NCBI GenBank assembly: GCA_052390515.1
Contig: JBQTGV010000165.1
Coordinates: forward strand, 1-64,000
Origin: Candidatus Eiseniibacteriota bacterium
Lineage (GTDB): Bacteria > ARS69
DNA length: 64,000 nucleotides
Direction of reading: 5' to 3'
The position numbers and the translations under genes were made by a program. Shown here in pieces: positions 19,028 to 28,594 of this stretch; position 1 is the stretch's first letter; every line of letters starts with the position of its first letter. The notes beneath the pieces are model-generated. The model did not search any database, had not been told where the DNA came from, and worked only from the letters and a program-made list of their open reading frames with translations.

Positions 19028-19675
19028 TCAGCGAGAAGGTCTCCGTAGGCGGGACGACGCGCCGTCTCGGGCGAGGTACGTGGCCGTCGGGACATCGTGC
19101 CACGCACGGTCGACGCCGCGGACCTTGGCGACCACGTACCAGCCGAAGGCGAAGGTCGCCGCGGCGACGGCGGCGACGATGAGCTCCCACCGCGCCACCG
19201 CCAGCCCGAGGACGGCGAGGGAGAGCGGCAGCGTGGCCAGAGCGAAACGGAACGCGCGCGGGCCCCGTCCGGCGGGGCGCCCGTCGTTGCCCACGACCCT
19301 GAGCCCGGCCAGGCGCTGCCCAGGCGTCGAGCCGAACAGCGGCCCGGCGAGCAGCACGACGAGGACAGCGAAGGGGAAGCCGTACACGAGCCGGCCGGCG
19401 AGGGCCATCACCATGGGGATCGGCCCCGTCCAGAGGGTGCCGGGCTCGCCGACATGGAACGTGGGGACCGAGCGGTCGAGAAACCAAGTGCCCGTGCTCG
19501 GTGCGAGCACGGCGGCGAGAGCGATGCCGATCAGGGAATCGAGCGCTCCGGCGAGCAGTCGGCGCCGTCCGACGCCGCGCTCAGTCTCCGGGCCGGCGAT
19601 AGGCGGCCTTGATGTCGCTCCAGGAGGTGGCTTCGACGGGCGTTCCCTTCGCCATGGTGATGGTCCCCGCTCCAC
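19028..19675 (-). CDS. RDD-family membrane protein (start uncertain)
   Basis: RRLLAGALD, STPGQRLAGLRVV and RAWHD motifs. Confidence 0.75.
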   Translation of the reverse strand: MERGPSPWRRERPSKPPPGATSRPPIAGPETERGVGRRRLLAGALDSLIGIALAAVLAPSTGTWFLDRSVPTFHVGEPGTLWTGPIPMVMALAGRLVYGFPFAVLVVLLAGPLFGSTPGQRLAGLRVVGNDGRPAGRGPRAFRFALATLPLSLAVLGLAVARWELIVAAVAAATFAFGWYVVAKVRGVDRAWHDVPTATYLARDGASSRLRRPSR

Positions 19676-20174
19676 CGCCGCCGTAGCTGAACGACCCGCT
19701 CATCACGTTGTCGGTGGCAGTCATCGTGAAGATGTACGAGCCGAACCCGAGCGGAGCACCGACGAAGCCCGCTCCGGACGTGTTGTTCGGCCCGACGTCG
19801 TTGACCGAGCCCGTTCCCGTGCTCGTCAATCCGGCTCCGGCATCGAACTGGAACGTGAACGTCAGCATGTTGCCGGTGATGGTCCCGCTGGCGGTGAAGG
19901 GCTCCGCCGCCCCGAGATTGACCCCGGTCAGGTCGCACGTCCCGGTCGCGCTGAAGGTCGACCCGTTCACCGAGACGTCCCAGACCATGGGGCCGGTGAC
20001 GAAGAAAACGGTGTCGATCCAGGCACCCGACCAGCTTCCGTCAAGGGCGGGTAGGGCAGCGGCCGAAGAGAAGGACGGCGCACCGGCCGGCTTGGCGCCG
20101 GTGACGGCGAGCCCCGCGGCCCCCAGGAAGAGGAGCGCGAGGTACCCGAGGAGGTTGCGGTCCGTGGGGCGCAT
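19581..20174 (-). CDS. Small secreted beta-rich protein with a C-terminal SWxxIKxxYR tail
   Basis: Signal peptide; Gly/Thr-rich strands; ends TPVEATSWSDIKAAYRRPGD; AAGGAG RBS. Confidence 0.75.
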   Translation of the reverse strand: MRPTDRNLLGYLALLFLGAAGLAVTGAKPAGAPSFSSAAALPALDGSWSGAWIDTVFFVTGPMVWDVSVNGSTFSATGTCDLTGVNLGAAEPFTASGTITGNMLTFTFQFDAGAGLTSTGTGSVNDVGPNNTSGAGFVGAPLGFGSYIFTMTATDNVMSGSFSYGGGGAGTITMAKGTPVEATSWSDIKAAYRRPGD

Positions 20175-20410
20175 CGGTGGATCTCCTTACACAACTCTAG
20201 CGATCTCCGTCGCGAAAACTCAATCGAAAAACCGCGGATCCTGCGATCGACCGGAGCCGGAATCGGCGGTACCGTGCCGCCCCGGGCAGACGGAACTTCC
20301 GGAGCTCGCAGAATGGGCGATCAGCTCCTAGATCCTATGGGGTCACCCTGGCGAAACGGGGTGGAAACGCCCCTTCCGCGGAGGTCTCGATCTTGCTTGG
20401 TTCGCAGCTG

Positions 20411-21259
20411 ATGTCGTCGAACCTCCCGGTCGCTCCGGCGGTCTTGGCCGTGCTCCTCACACTTCCCTGGGCGCCCGCCCGTGCCCAGGGCCTCAACGGC
20501 TTCCTCCCGGGCGCGGGGCACGCGACCATCGCCCTTTCCCACACCCTCGAGTCATACGACGCGTACTGGATGGGCGGCCGGCTGGTGGCGGACCCCGCGC
20601 TCGGTCGTGTCGAGACGGGCAGCGTGAGCCTCTGGTTCGACCTCGGCCTCAGCGAGGACGTTGCGCTCGTAGGGACCCTCGCCTACGTGGACGTCGCGTC
20701 CGACGCCGTGCCGATCCGCACCGCGCAGGGCCTGCAGGATCGCGCGTTCCTGCTGCGCTACCGCTTCGCCGCGATGGAGAACGCCGGCTGGCGACACAGC
20801 TTTGTGGCCGGCGCGGGCGTGCGGGCTCCCGCCTCGCCGTACGTCGCCGACGCCACCGTGGCCCTCGGGGACGGGACTCACGACGGACTTTTCCGACTCG
20901 TGTACCAGGTGCAGGCGGACTTCCTGGCCGGCGCCTACCTCGCCGCCGAGCTCGGCTGGGACGTGCGCGAGAAGGACTCTCCCGACGGAGCGTCCCTGCA
21001 CGGCGAGCTCGGCGCCGGCACGGGACGCGTCTCGATCGCAGGGACGCTGACGCGCACGTGGGCTGACGGCGGGTCCGACATCGGGGACACCGGCTTCACT
21101 TATCCCGGGCTCGGCGGCGAGATGCTCCGCGTGGGGGGCAAGGTCTTCGTGAGGGCGGCTTCGGTCCTGGGTTTCGCCGCATCCGGATTCACCACGCTGG
21201 ATGGGCGAAACACGGGAGAGGCCGTGGGGACGTCCGCCTCGCTCGTCGTGCAGCTCTAG
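20411..21259 (+). CDS. Putative outer-membrane beta-barrel protein
   Basis: Signal peptide (APARA-Q) and alternating amphipathic strands. Confidence 0.6.
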   Translation: MSSNLPVAPAVLAVLLTLPWAPARAQGLNGFLPGAGHATIALSHTLESYDAYWMGGRLVADPALGRVETGSVSLWFDLGLSEDVALVGTLAYVDVASDAVPIRTAQGLQDRAFLLRYRFAAMENAGWRHSFVAGAGVRAPASPYVADATVALGDGTHDGLFRLVYQVQADFLAGAYLAAELGWDVREKDSPDGASLHGELGAGTGRVSIAGTLTRTWADGGSDIGDTGFTYPGLGGEMLRVGGKVFVRAASVLGFAASGFTTLDGRNTGEAVGTSASLVVQL

Positions 21260-23304
21260 GAGCCGCGCTCCCACCGGGACGCGGGGTCCGAGGCGAGCAG
21301 TGCCTTCGCCGCCTCCACCGCCTCGTGCGTCCCCGCGAGCGTGACGCAGTCCCCGGCTTGAAGGACTTCCGCCGCCGCAGGGACGGCGACGCTCTCCTCG
21401 CCGCGAACGATCGCGAGCACGGTGGCGCCGGTTCGCCCTCGTACGTCGAGCTCCGCGAGCGTCCTTCCCGCGGCGGGGCTCCCTTCCGGAACGCGCAGCA
21501 AGGTCGGCTCGCCCAGCCCTGGCAGGAACGCGCGCATCGGAGCCAGCGCACCCTCGTCCGGAGTCGAGCCGCGGCGTGCCTGCGCGGCCAGCGCATCGGC
21601 GATCATACGCGCCCCGGCGCGCACGTGGCCCTGGAGGTTCGTCGCGCTCCGCCAGAAGCCGGCGGCCAGCACCGCGAGCAGCACGGCGAGCAACACCGCG
21701 ATCTGGGGGCCGGCCAGGAACGGTTGGGTGAACGCGAGCAGCGGGAGCAGGACCGGCAGGAGCACCGCGACCTGCAGCGTGACCACCAGCGCGCGGCGCG
21801 GCGCGTCGGCGAGGTCCAGCGTTCCGGGCTCGGCCTCCGGCAGCGCGATGGCGGCCAGCGTGACCCCCAGGCGTCGCGCAACGCGGACGATGCCGAGCGC
21901 GAGGGGAATGGCGAGCAGCAGGGCCGCGCCAAGAACGATGGCCGCGGACGCGGAGCTCCCACCGGTGATCGACTCGCGAGCCGAGGCGACGAGCGCGACG
22001 CCGGCCAGCAGCGCGACGTCGAGGACCAGCAGTCCGACCAGCCTGCGCACCGCCGATCCGCCGGTGCGACGGCCCTGCGCGGAGTGAAGCCGCTCGACCC
22101 AGCTCCCGTAGAGCGCGGCGAAGGTCGCCAGCCGCCTCGGCAGCTTGTGGTCGACGAAGCTGGCGATCGGGCCGGACGCGCGGATCAGCCAGGGCGTGGT
22201 CAGCGTGGTGATCGCCGAGACCGACACGGCGACGGGAAAGAGGAACTCTCTCGTCGCGCCGAGGGAGAGCCCGAGTCCAGCGATGATGAACGAGAACTCG
22301 CCGATCTGGGCGAGGCTCATCGCGGCTTGCACGGACGTGCGCACCCCCTGCCCGCTCAGAAACGCGCCCGCCGAGACTCCGATGAATTTCCCGAGGTAGA
22401 CCGCCAGGGTGAGCAGGACGATGGGGAGCCAGTGCTGCAGGACGATCTTCGGGTCGATCAGCATTCCGACAGAGACGAAGAAGATGGCCGCGAAGAGGTC
22501 GCGCACGGGCTCGACCAAGTGCTCGATGTGCTTGTCGCGCCCGGACTCGGCGACGAGGGATCCGGCGATGAAGGCGCCCAGCGCCACAGAGTATCCGAGT
22601 CGGAGCGCGAGCAGCGCGGCGGCGAAGCAGATTCCGATGGTGGCGACCAGCGTGGTCTCCTGCCGCAGCGCGACGATCGAGCGCACGAAGCGGGGCACGA
22701 CGAGCATGCCGATGCCGATGAGGCCCACGAGGAACGCGGCGAGGCGCCCGGTCACGATCAGCAGGTCTCTCGCAGAGAGCCCCGAGCCGGTGGCCACCGC
22801 GGTCAGCGTCGCCATGAGCAGGATCGCGATGAGGTCCTCGACGATGAGCACGCCGACCACGAACTCGCGGAGCCGCCCGCGCGTGCCCTGCTCCTCGAAC
22901 GCCTTCGCGATGATGGTCGTGCTGGAGATGGCGATGACGGCCCCGGCGAAGAAGCTCTCGAGACCCGTCCAGCCGAGAGCGCGCCCGATCACGAACCCGA
23001 TCCAGATCATCAGGCTCGACTGGATGGCCGCGGTGAGGCCGGCCGTGGGCGCGAGCTCGACGAGCTTGCGCAGCCGGAACTCCAGCCCGAGCGAGAACAT
23101 GAGCAGGATGACGCCGAGCTCGGAGAGCGTCTGGACCACTTCCGGGTCGCCCACGAGCGGAACCGGGACGTGCGGGCCGATGATGAGCCCGGCGAGGAGG
23201 TAGCCGAGCACCACCGGCTGATGGAGCCGCTGGAACAGGACCGTGGTGACCGCGGCGACGCCGAGGACGAGCGCCAGCGACCCGAGGAACGAGTGCGAGT
23301 CCAC
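21256..23304 (-). CDS. CPA2 cation:proton antiporter with a C-terminal TrkA-C (RCK_C) domain
   Basis: LGYLLAGLIIGP, FSLGLEF, ISSTTII, LIVEDL and QIGEFSF motifs; C-terminal GSPAAGRTLAELDVRGRTGATVLAI. Confidence 0.9.
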   Translation of the reverse strand: MDSHSFLGSLALVLGVAAVTTVLFQRLHQPVVLGYLLAGLIIGPHVPVPLVGDPEVVQTLSELGVILLMFSLGLEFRLRKLVELAPTAGLTAAIQSSLMIWIGFVIGRALGWTGLESFFAGAVIAISSTTIIAKAFEEQGTRGRLREFVVGVLIVEDLIAILLMATLTAVATGSGLSARDLLIVTGRLAAFLVGLIGIGMLVVPRFVRSIVALRQETTLVATIGICFAAALLALRLGYSVALGAFIAGSLVAESGRDKHIEHLVEPVRDLFAAIFFVSVGMLIDPKIVLQHWLPIVLLTLAVYLGKFIGVSAGAFLSGQGVRTSVQAAMSLAQIGEFSFIIAGLGLSLGATREFLFPVAVSVSAITTLTTPWLIRASGPIASFVDHKLPRRLATFAALYGSWVERLHSAQGRRTGGSAVRRLVGLLVLDVALLAGVALVASARESITGGSSASAAIVLGAALLLAIPLALGIVRVARRLGVTLAAIALPEAEPGTLDLADAPRRALVVTLQVAVLLPVLLPLLAFTQPFLAGPQIAVLLAVLLAVLAAGFWRSATNLQGHVRAGARMIADALAAQARRGSTPDEGALAPMRAFLPGLGEPTLLRVPEGSPAAGRTLAELDVRGRTGATVLAIVRGEESVAVPAAAEVLQAGDCVTLAGTHEAVEAAKALLASDPASRWERGS

Positions 23305-23359
23305 GGCGCCCCTCCCTTAGAACGTGTCGCGGCCGGGTGAGCCGCTCAACCCCCGGCGA

Positions 23360-23554
23360 TCAGACCTCGCAGGTCATGTCCTTCCCGCAGCACATCGGGG
23401 ACTTCACCTTGCCGTGGCCCGCGGGGCACTCGGAGATGTGCACGGTGGTGCCGTCCGGCTTGGTCAGGGTCCCGTGAACGAGCTCCTTGCCGCAGCGTCC
23501 GCAGGTCATCGTGCCGATGCTCATGCCGCACTTCTCGCACGTGTAGGCCGCCAT
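23360..23554 (-). CDS. Small Cys-rich putative metal-binding protein
   Basis: 64 aa with CEKC, CGRC, CPAGH and CCG; GGAGGGG RBS; GC-rich third codon positions. Confidence 0.75.
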   Translation of the reverse strand: MAAYTCEKCGMSIGTMTCGRCGKELVHGTLTKPDGTTVHISECPAGHGKVKSPMCCGKDMTCEV

Positions 23555-24039
23555 TTCCCCCTCCGGGTGAGTGAGCCTGAACTCGTACCCTAAATCATGC
23601 GGACGCGCGCCGGACAGGGCGAAGACATGGCCCGGCTCGGCGGGCCGGCCGGGGCGGAGCCCGCCGTGGGCGGGATCCCGGCGCAGATCCCCTGGTCCGC
23701 CTGGGATCCCCGGCGTGGAGTCCCTGGTCGGCCCCCTCGGGCGGGGTAGATTGCGATGGCCCGGTCACCTATCCGGGCGCGGCTTGGACCCCCAAGCCTG
23801 GGCCCGACCGAGGACGCAACGCCTCGGCCGGGCCTTCCGTTTCCTGCCCACCTAGGGCGGTAGGGCGGGTCTCGGGGCGAAAGATGATGTAGAGTACCGC
23901 CGTGCCGTGCCCCAGGGTGGGGTCGGCGCCGTGCGGGAGGTCTCCCGCGAAACACGAGTAGTCGGACGGTGCTGGATGAAGTGGCCTGTTGGCGGTCCCG
24001 GACTCCGACGAATCGAAAACCGAGGCAAGGAGAACGGGA

Positions 24040-24246
24040 ATGCCGATCACCGGAACGGTGAAGTGGTTCAACGACGACAAGGGTTTCGGCTTCATTACGC
24101 GTGACGATGGCGAGAAGGACGTCTTCTGCCACCACAGTGCGATCAAGGGAGAGGGTTTCAAGACCCTCTCCGAGGGCCAGAAGGTCCAGTTCGATGTCGT
24201 GCAGGGCCAGAAGGGCCCGGCGGCGGAGAACGTGGTCAAGCTGTAA
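24040..24246 (+). CDS. cspA: Cold-shock protein
   Basis: [15 protein letters not shown] (RNP1), DVFCHHSAI (RNP2), [19 protein letters not shown]. Confidence 0.96.
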   Translation: MPITGTVKWFNDDKGFGFITRDDGEKDVFCHHSAIKGEGFKTLSEGQKVQFDVVQGQKGPAAENVVKL

Positions 24247-24274
24247 GCGTCACCAGCCGGAATGCGCTGAACGG

Positions 24275-24303
24275 CGCCCCGTCACCCTCGAGGTGGCGGG
24301 GCG
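24275..24303 (+). terminator. Hairpin after the csp gene
   Basis: CGCCCCGTCACC-CTCGA-GGTGGCGGGGCG. Confidence 0.55.
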
Positions 24304-25148
24304 TTCGCGTTCCGGGCCACGGGATCGTCCCCGCGGATCTTCGCGGAGAGGTCTGGCGATCCCGCGTGCCGTCGCACGCGCTCGTTGACCAGGAACCGCG
24401 CACGCACCTCCTCGAGCGATCCCTCGCCGTCGACCAGCCCGAGCGAATGCACGATCTCGTCGGAGTGGCCCGGCAGCGCGACGCGCCAGCCGCCGGGGAT
24501 GCGCCGGTCGGCCACCTTGTTGGCGTGCGCACGCAGGTTCGAGGCGCAGCTGTTCCAGAGCGTATGGTAGAACTGCGGGCGGTTCGCCAGCCCGTTCACC
24601 GCGTCGAGCAGACTCCGGAAGAGGAGTCGCGCCTTGGCCGGCGTGACGCGCAGCGGGTACACGAACACATCGTCGTCCCGACACAGCACGCGCAAGCTGA
24701 GGACGTCGCGCTCCTCGGCGACGACGTAGATGAGCTCGTAGCCGTTCGCCATTCCGCGCCAGATGGAGTAGTCCTCGTCGCGTTCGCGCCTCGCCTCGAC
24801 CGAAACCGCGACGAAGGCCGTGTCCCCGAAGCCGAACGTCAGGAAAGCGTGCGCCGGGCCGCGGCGCTCCCGGTCGAACGGCGACAGCACGTACCAGACG
24901 GAGTCGAGAGCCTCGAGGTCGCAGGTCCGCGAGACCCAGCGTTCGACGGCGTCGCCGGAGGTGGGGCAGTGCTCGAAGTCGCGGACGCCGTCGATGCGGA
25001 CCACCGAGTCCGTGAACGAGGCGGTGGCGAGACGCGCGTGATCGGGCGCCCAGTAACGGTCGTGGGACGGGCGCCCGGCGAGCGACAGGCCCACGGCGGC
25101 CAGTCCTCCTGCCGCCGCGAGCACGAGAGAGACGCGGGCCGATCGCAA
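24282..25148 (-). CDS. DUF4105 / Lnb N-terminal-like domain protein
   Basis: AHAFLTFGF, SVEARRE, YELIYVVAEERD and FYHTLWNSC motifs; TTG start after GGAGGG. Confidence 0.8.
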   Translation of the reverse strand: MRSARVSLVLAAAGGLAAVGLSLAGRPSHDRYWAPDHARLATASFTDSVVRIDGVRDFEHCPTSGDAVERWVSRTCDLEALDSVWYVLSPFDRERRGPAHAFLTFGFGDTAFVAVSVEARRERDEDYSIWRGMANGYELIYVVAEERDVLSLRVLCRDDDVFVYPLRVTPAKARLLFRSLLDAVNGLANRPQFYHTLWNSCASNLRAHANKVADRRIPGGWRVALPGHSDEIVHSLGLVDGEGSLEEVRARFLVNERVRRHAGSPDLSAKIRGDDPVARNANAPPPRG

Positions 25149-25260
25149 GGCACCCTCCGGGTCGATTGTCCTTGACCTCGGCCGCTCGGGGCGAGAGGTA
25201 AAGCCTTCGGGAGACTTGGCCGACCCAAAGGGACAAGGGGCCCCCGGAGAACCGCAGCGC

Positions 25261-25701
25261 ATGCCGACCGAGCCGACCGAGTCGCACCCGTCCGGGATGG
25301 CGCAGGTGCCGAGAGGTGCCGCCATCCGGCATCTCGTGCTTTCCGCGGCGCTGTGGATCACGTACGTCGCCTACTGGCGCGTGGTGCTCTCGCGCGGGAT
25401 CTCCCGCGAGGCGCCGCTGTCCTTCCTCATCCTCGTCGTCTTCGCTCTCTTCCAGTTCCTGCTCACGCAGGGCTGGATCGCCCACAACCGCGATCTGGCG
25501 ATCCGTCATGCGGGGCGCCGGCGCCGCCACCCGGCCGTCGACGCTCCCACCGGCAGCGACTTCCTCGGGCGCGACCTCGTCCTTCCCGCGGAGAACGACC
25601 TCCGCCACGCCGCCCATGTGATCGTCCGCGTCGAAGGGGACCGCAAGGTCTTCGAGGTGGCGCCGCAGGCCTCGGCGTTCTGGAGCGGGAACCCATCGTG
25701 A
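25261..25701 (+). CDS. PgaD-like accessory membrane protein
   Basis: Two TM helices followed by WIAHN...RRRR, resembling PgaD WxxYN...RR; coupled to the pgaC-like start. Confidence 0.6.
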   Translation: MPTEPTESHPSGMAQVPRGAAIRHLVLSAALWITYVAYWRVVLSRGISREAPLSFLILVVFALFQFLLTQGWIAHNRDLAIRHAGRRRRHPAVDAPTGSDFLGRDLVLPAENDLRHAAHVIVRVEGDRKVFEVAPQASAFWSGNPS

Positions 25702-26960
25702 CCGGCGACATCGTCTCGTTCCTCGATTGGTTCGAGCACACCCGCGTGTACTTCGCGTGGCTCGTGTTCTTCGCCTGGTACCCCATGGTGACCGGCATCA
25801 TGTGGATCCTCACCTCGCTGGTCTTCCACTGGAGACGGGAGCGGCGGGACGCCGAGCCCGCTCCTCCGGGGGCGGAGACGCCGTTCGTGACCGTGCTGAT
25901 CGCCGCGTACTGCGAGGAGCGGCACATCGCCGCGACGATCGAGTCGACGCTCTCCATCGACTACCCGAGCTTCGAGCTGCTGGTCGTCGACGACGCGAGC
26001 ACCGACGGGACCGCGGCGATCCTCGACGGCTTCGCCGCCCGCCGGCAGATTCGCGTGGTGAGCAAGCGCACGAACGAGGGCAAGGCGATGGCGCTCAACG
26101 ACGGCTTGTGCTGCGCGCGCGGCGAGATCGTGCTCATCCTGGACGCGGACGCGCGCCCGGATGCCCGGATCCTACGGTACATCGTGCCGCACTTCGAATC
26201 GCCGCGCGTGGGAGCCGTCACCGGCAACCCGCGCGTGCTCAACCGCGACACGCTGGTGTCCCGCCTGCAGACCGTGGAGTTCACCTCCATCGTATCCCTG
26301 CAGAAGCGCGCCCAGCGCGTGTGGGGACGGGTGCTGACGGTGAGCGGCGTGGTCGGCGCCTTCCATCGGCGCGCGCTCCAGGACGTGGGCTTCTTCAGTC
26401 CGGACATCGCCACGGAGGACATCGACGCGAGCTGGAAGTTGCAGCTGCGCCATTGGGACATCCGCTACGAGCCGAGGGCGATCGTGTGGATGCACGTTCC
26501 GGCGAGATGGCGGGACCTCTGGCGGCAGCGCTGCCGGTGGTCGCTCGGACTCGCCCAGGTGTTGCGCCGCCATGGCGGCCACTTGCTGTCCTGGAGATCG
26601 CGGCGCATGTGGCCCGTCGCCACCGAGTCGCTGCTCTCCATCGCCTGGGGCTACAGCTTCGTGATCCTCACGTCGGTGTGGGTGCTCTCCTACGCGGTGG
26701 GCTACCCTCCGGTCGGCGCCAGCCCGATCCCGAACTGGTGGGGCATGTCCATGGCCACGGTGTGTCTCGCGCAACTGCTCACCGGGGTCCTGCTGGATCG
26801 GCGCTACGATGTCGGTCTGGGCCGCACGTACCCGCTCGCCGTACTGTATCCGCTCATCTACTGGATGTTCCTGGCGCTCGTCACGGTGCGATCGACTCCG
26901 GCGGGCTTCCTCGGCCCCCGCCAGCGAAAGGGCACGCTGTGGAAGACGCGAAGAGACTGA
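25698..26960 (+). CDS. pgaC: Poly-beta-1,6-GlcNAc synthase (GT2, PgaC/IcaA-like)
   Basis: DDASTD, GKAMALN, DAD, TED and QRCRW motifs; AVTGNPRV and LTVSGV are characteristic of PgaC. Confidence 0.88.
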   Translation: MTGDIVSFLDWFEHTRVYFAWLVFFAWYPMVTGIMWILTSLVFHWRRERRDAEPAPPGAETPFVTVLIAAYCEERHIAATIESTLSIDYPSFELLVVDDASTDGTAAILDGFAARRQIRVVSKRTNEGKAMALNDGLCCARGEIVLILDADARPDARILRYIVPHFESPRVGAVTGNPRVLNRDTLVSRLQTVEFTSIVSLQKRAQRVWGRVLTVSGVVGAFHRRALQDVGFFSPDIATEDIDASWKLQLRHWDIRYEPRAIVWMHVPARWRDLWRQRCRWSLGLAQVLRRHGGHLLSWRSRRMWPVATESLLSIAWGYSFVILTSVWVLSYAVGYPPVGASPIPNWWGMSMATVCLAQLLTGVLLDRRYDVGLGRTYPLAVLYPLIYWMFLALVTVRSTPAGFLGPRQRKGTLWKTRRD

Positions 26961-28594
26961 CCCTCGCGCTCGGGGTGGCGTGCACGCTGGTCGCGCTGGC
27001 CGTCGCGGGGTCGGCCGGCGCCGCCGGGGATTCGACCGCGCGAGCGTCCAGCCTGCTGGCCGAGGCGCGGGTGGCGGCCGGGCAGGACCGCCACGCCGAC
27101 GCGATCGAGGCGGCGATGGCGGCTCTGGAGCTCTCCCCCGAGCTCGAGTCGGATGCGGCGCTGCTCATCGCGCACCAGATGACCTGGGCCGACCGGCCGG
27201 CCGACGCGGTGCGGTGGTACGAGCGGCACCTCGGCCACCATCCGGGCGACCGCGAAGGCGAGCTGGGGCTCGCGCGCGCGCTGGCCTGGTCGGGGGACCT
27301 CGAGGCGGCGGACGAGGTGTACGCGTCGGTCCTCGCGCGGGCCCCGGACGACGTCGAAGCGCGTCTCGGCACGGCGCGGATGCGTGCGTGGGCCGAGGAT
27401 CACGGCGCGGCGGCAGAGCTGTACGGCGCGGTCCTGGCCGATGAGCCGTCCTCCCGCGAGGCGAAGCTCGGACTGGCCGACGCGGAGAACGCGCGCGGCC
27501 GCCACCGCCGCGCCATCGCGCTGTATCGCGAGATGCTCGCCACGGATCCCGACGACGAGGAGGCGCGGGTCGGGCTCGCGCGGGCGTACGCCTGGTCCGG
27601 TCTGCCCGACCGGGCGGAGCAGGAGCTGGGACCGCTCGAGAGCGATGCCGCCGCGGACCTTCGCGCGGGGATGGCCCGGGATCGGCGGACGACCGCGACC
27701 GCATTCGCCTCCCGCTGGACGGACGTGGACGACGAGGAGCTGCTCATCGTCGGCGCCCGCGTGGATGCGTCCGCTGCGCTGCGAACGCGCGTGTTCGCCG
27801 AGGTGGTTCGGGAACGTGCGGAGCAGCCGCTTCCCGGAGAGCTCTTCGCCACGCGCGCGACGCTCGGCGCCGGACGGGTCTTCTCGCAGGCGGTGGAGGC
27901 GCACCTCGCCGGCACGTTGCTGCGGCAGAGCGCAGGCTCGCGGGCCGTGGACGTCGGCGGCGGGGTGATCCTGAACGACGAGGACATCGAGGGCACCGAC
28001 TTCCTGGCGGACGGCTGGGTCACGCTCCGGCCGGCCGACTGGACGCGCGTGGACCTCGGTTGGGCGCGGGTTCACGTGCCCACGGCGCGCGCGCTGGCGC
28101 ACCGGATTCGCGTGAACGTGCTGTCGCTCGGCGTCGATCGCCGCCTCTCCGACGTGTTCGTGGCGCGCATTGCCGGCTCGCGCGCCGACCACTCCGACCG
28201 CAACGAGCGCTGGTCGGCCTCCGCCGAGGTGGAGGCTGCGCCATTGCCCGCGCGCGACGTGACTTTCGGCGCCGGCGTGTCCTGGTTCGACTTCGCCGAA
28301 GTGCTGGACCACGGCTACTACAACCCGGAGCGCTACGACGCGCTCTTCGCGACGGCGGCGGTCGGGCAGGAGCTGGGGGCGGGCTGGCGGATCGCGCTCG
28401 ACGGCCGCATCGCCTCGGAACGGGAGAATCGCGACGACCGCTTCGGCGTCTTCGCCGGGGGCGCGGAGCTCGGCTGGTCGAGCCCCGCCGGCGTCGGCTT
28501 CTCCGTGTTCGCCCGGAAATCGACTTCCCGATTCGACACTGCCGGGGGCTACGAGCGCGAGGGAGTCGGCGTTTCGCTCTTCGCCAGCCGATGA
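26939..28594 (+). CDS. TPR plus beta-barrel export protein (PgaA-like)
   Basis: Signal peptide; TPR repeats (LGLARALAWSG); C-terminal barrel containing GYYNPERY. Confidence 0.75.
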   Translation: MEDAKRLTLALGVACTLVALAVAGSAGAAGDSTARASSLLAEARVAAGQDRHADAIEAAMAALELSPELESDAALLIAHQMTWADRPADAVRWYERHLGHHPGDREGELGLARALAWSGDLEAADEVYASVLARAPDDVEARLGTARMRAWAEDHGAAAELYGAVLADEPSSREAKLGLADAENARGRHRRAIALYREMLATDPDDEEARVGLARAYAWSGLPDRAEQELGPLESDAAADLRAGMARDRRTTATAFASRWTDVDDEELLIVGARVDASAALRTRVFAEVVRERAEQPLPGELFATRATLGAGRVFSQAVEAHLAGTLLRQSAGSRAVDVGGGVILNDEDIEGTDFLADGWVTLRPADWTRVDLGWARVHVPTARALAHRIRVNVLSLGVDRRLSDVFVARIAGSRADHSDRNERWSASAEVEAAPLPARDVTFGAGVSWFDFAEVLDHGYYNPERYDALFATAAVGQELGAGWRIALDGRIASERENRDDRFGVFAGGAELGWSSPAGVGFSVFARKSTSRFDTAGGYEREGVGVSLFASR

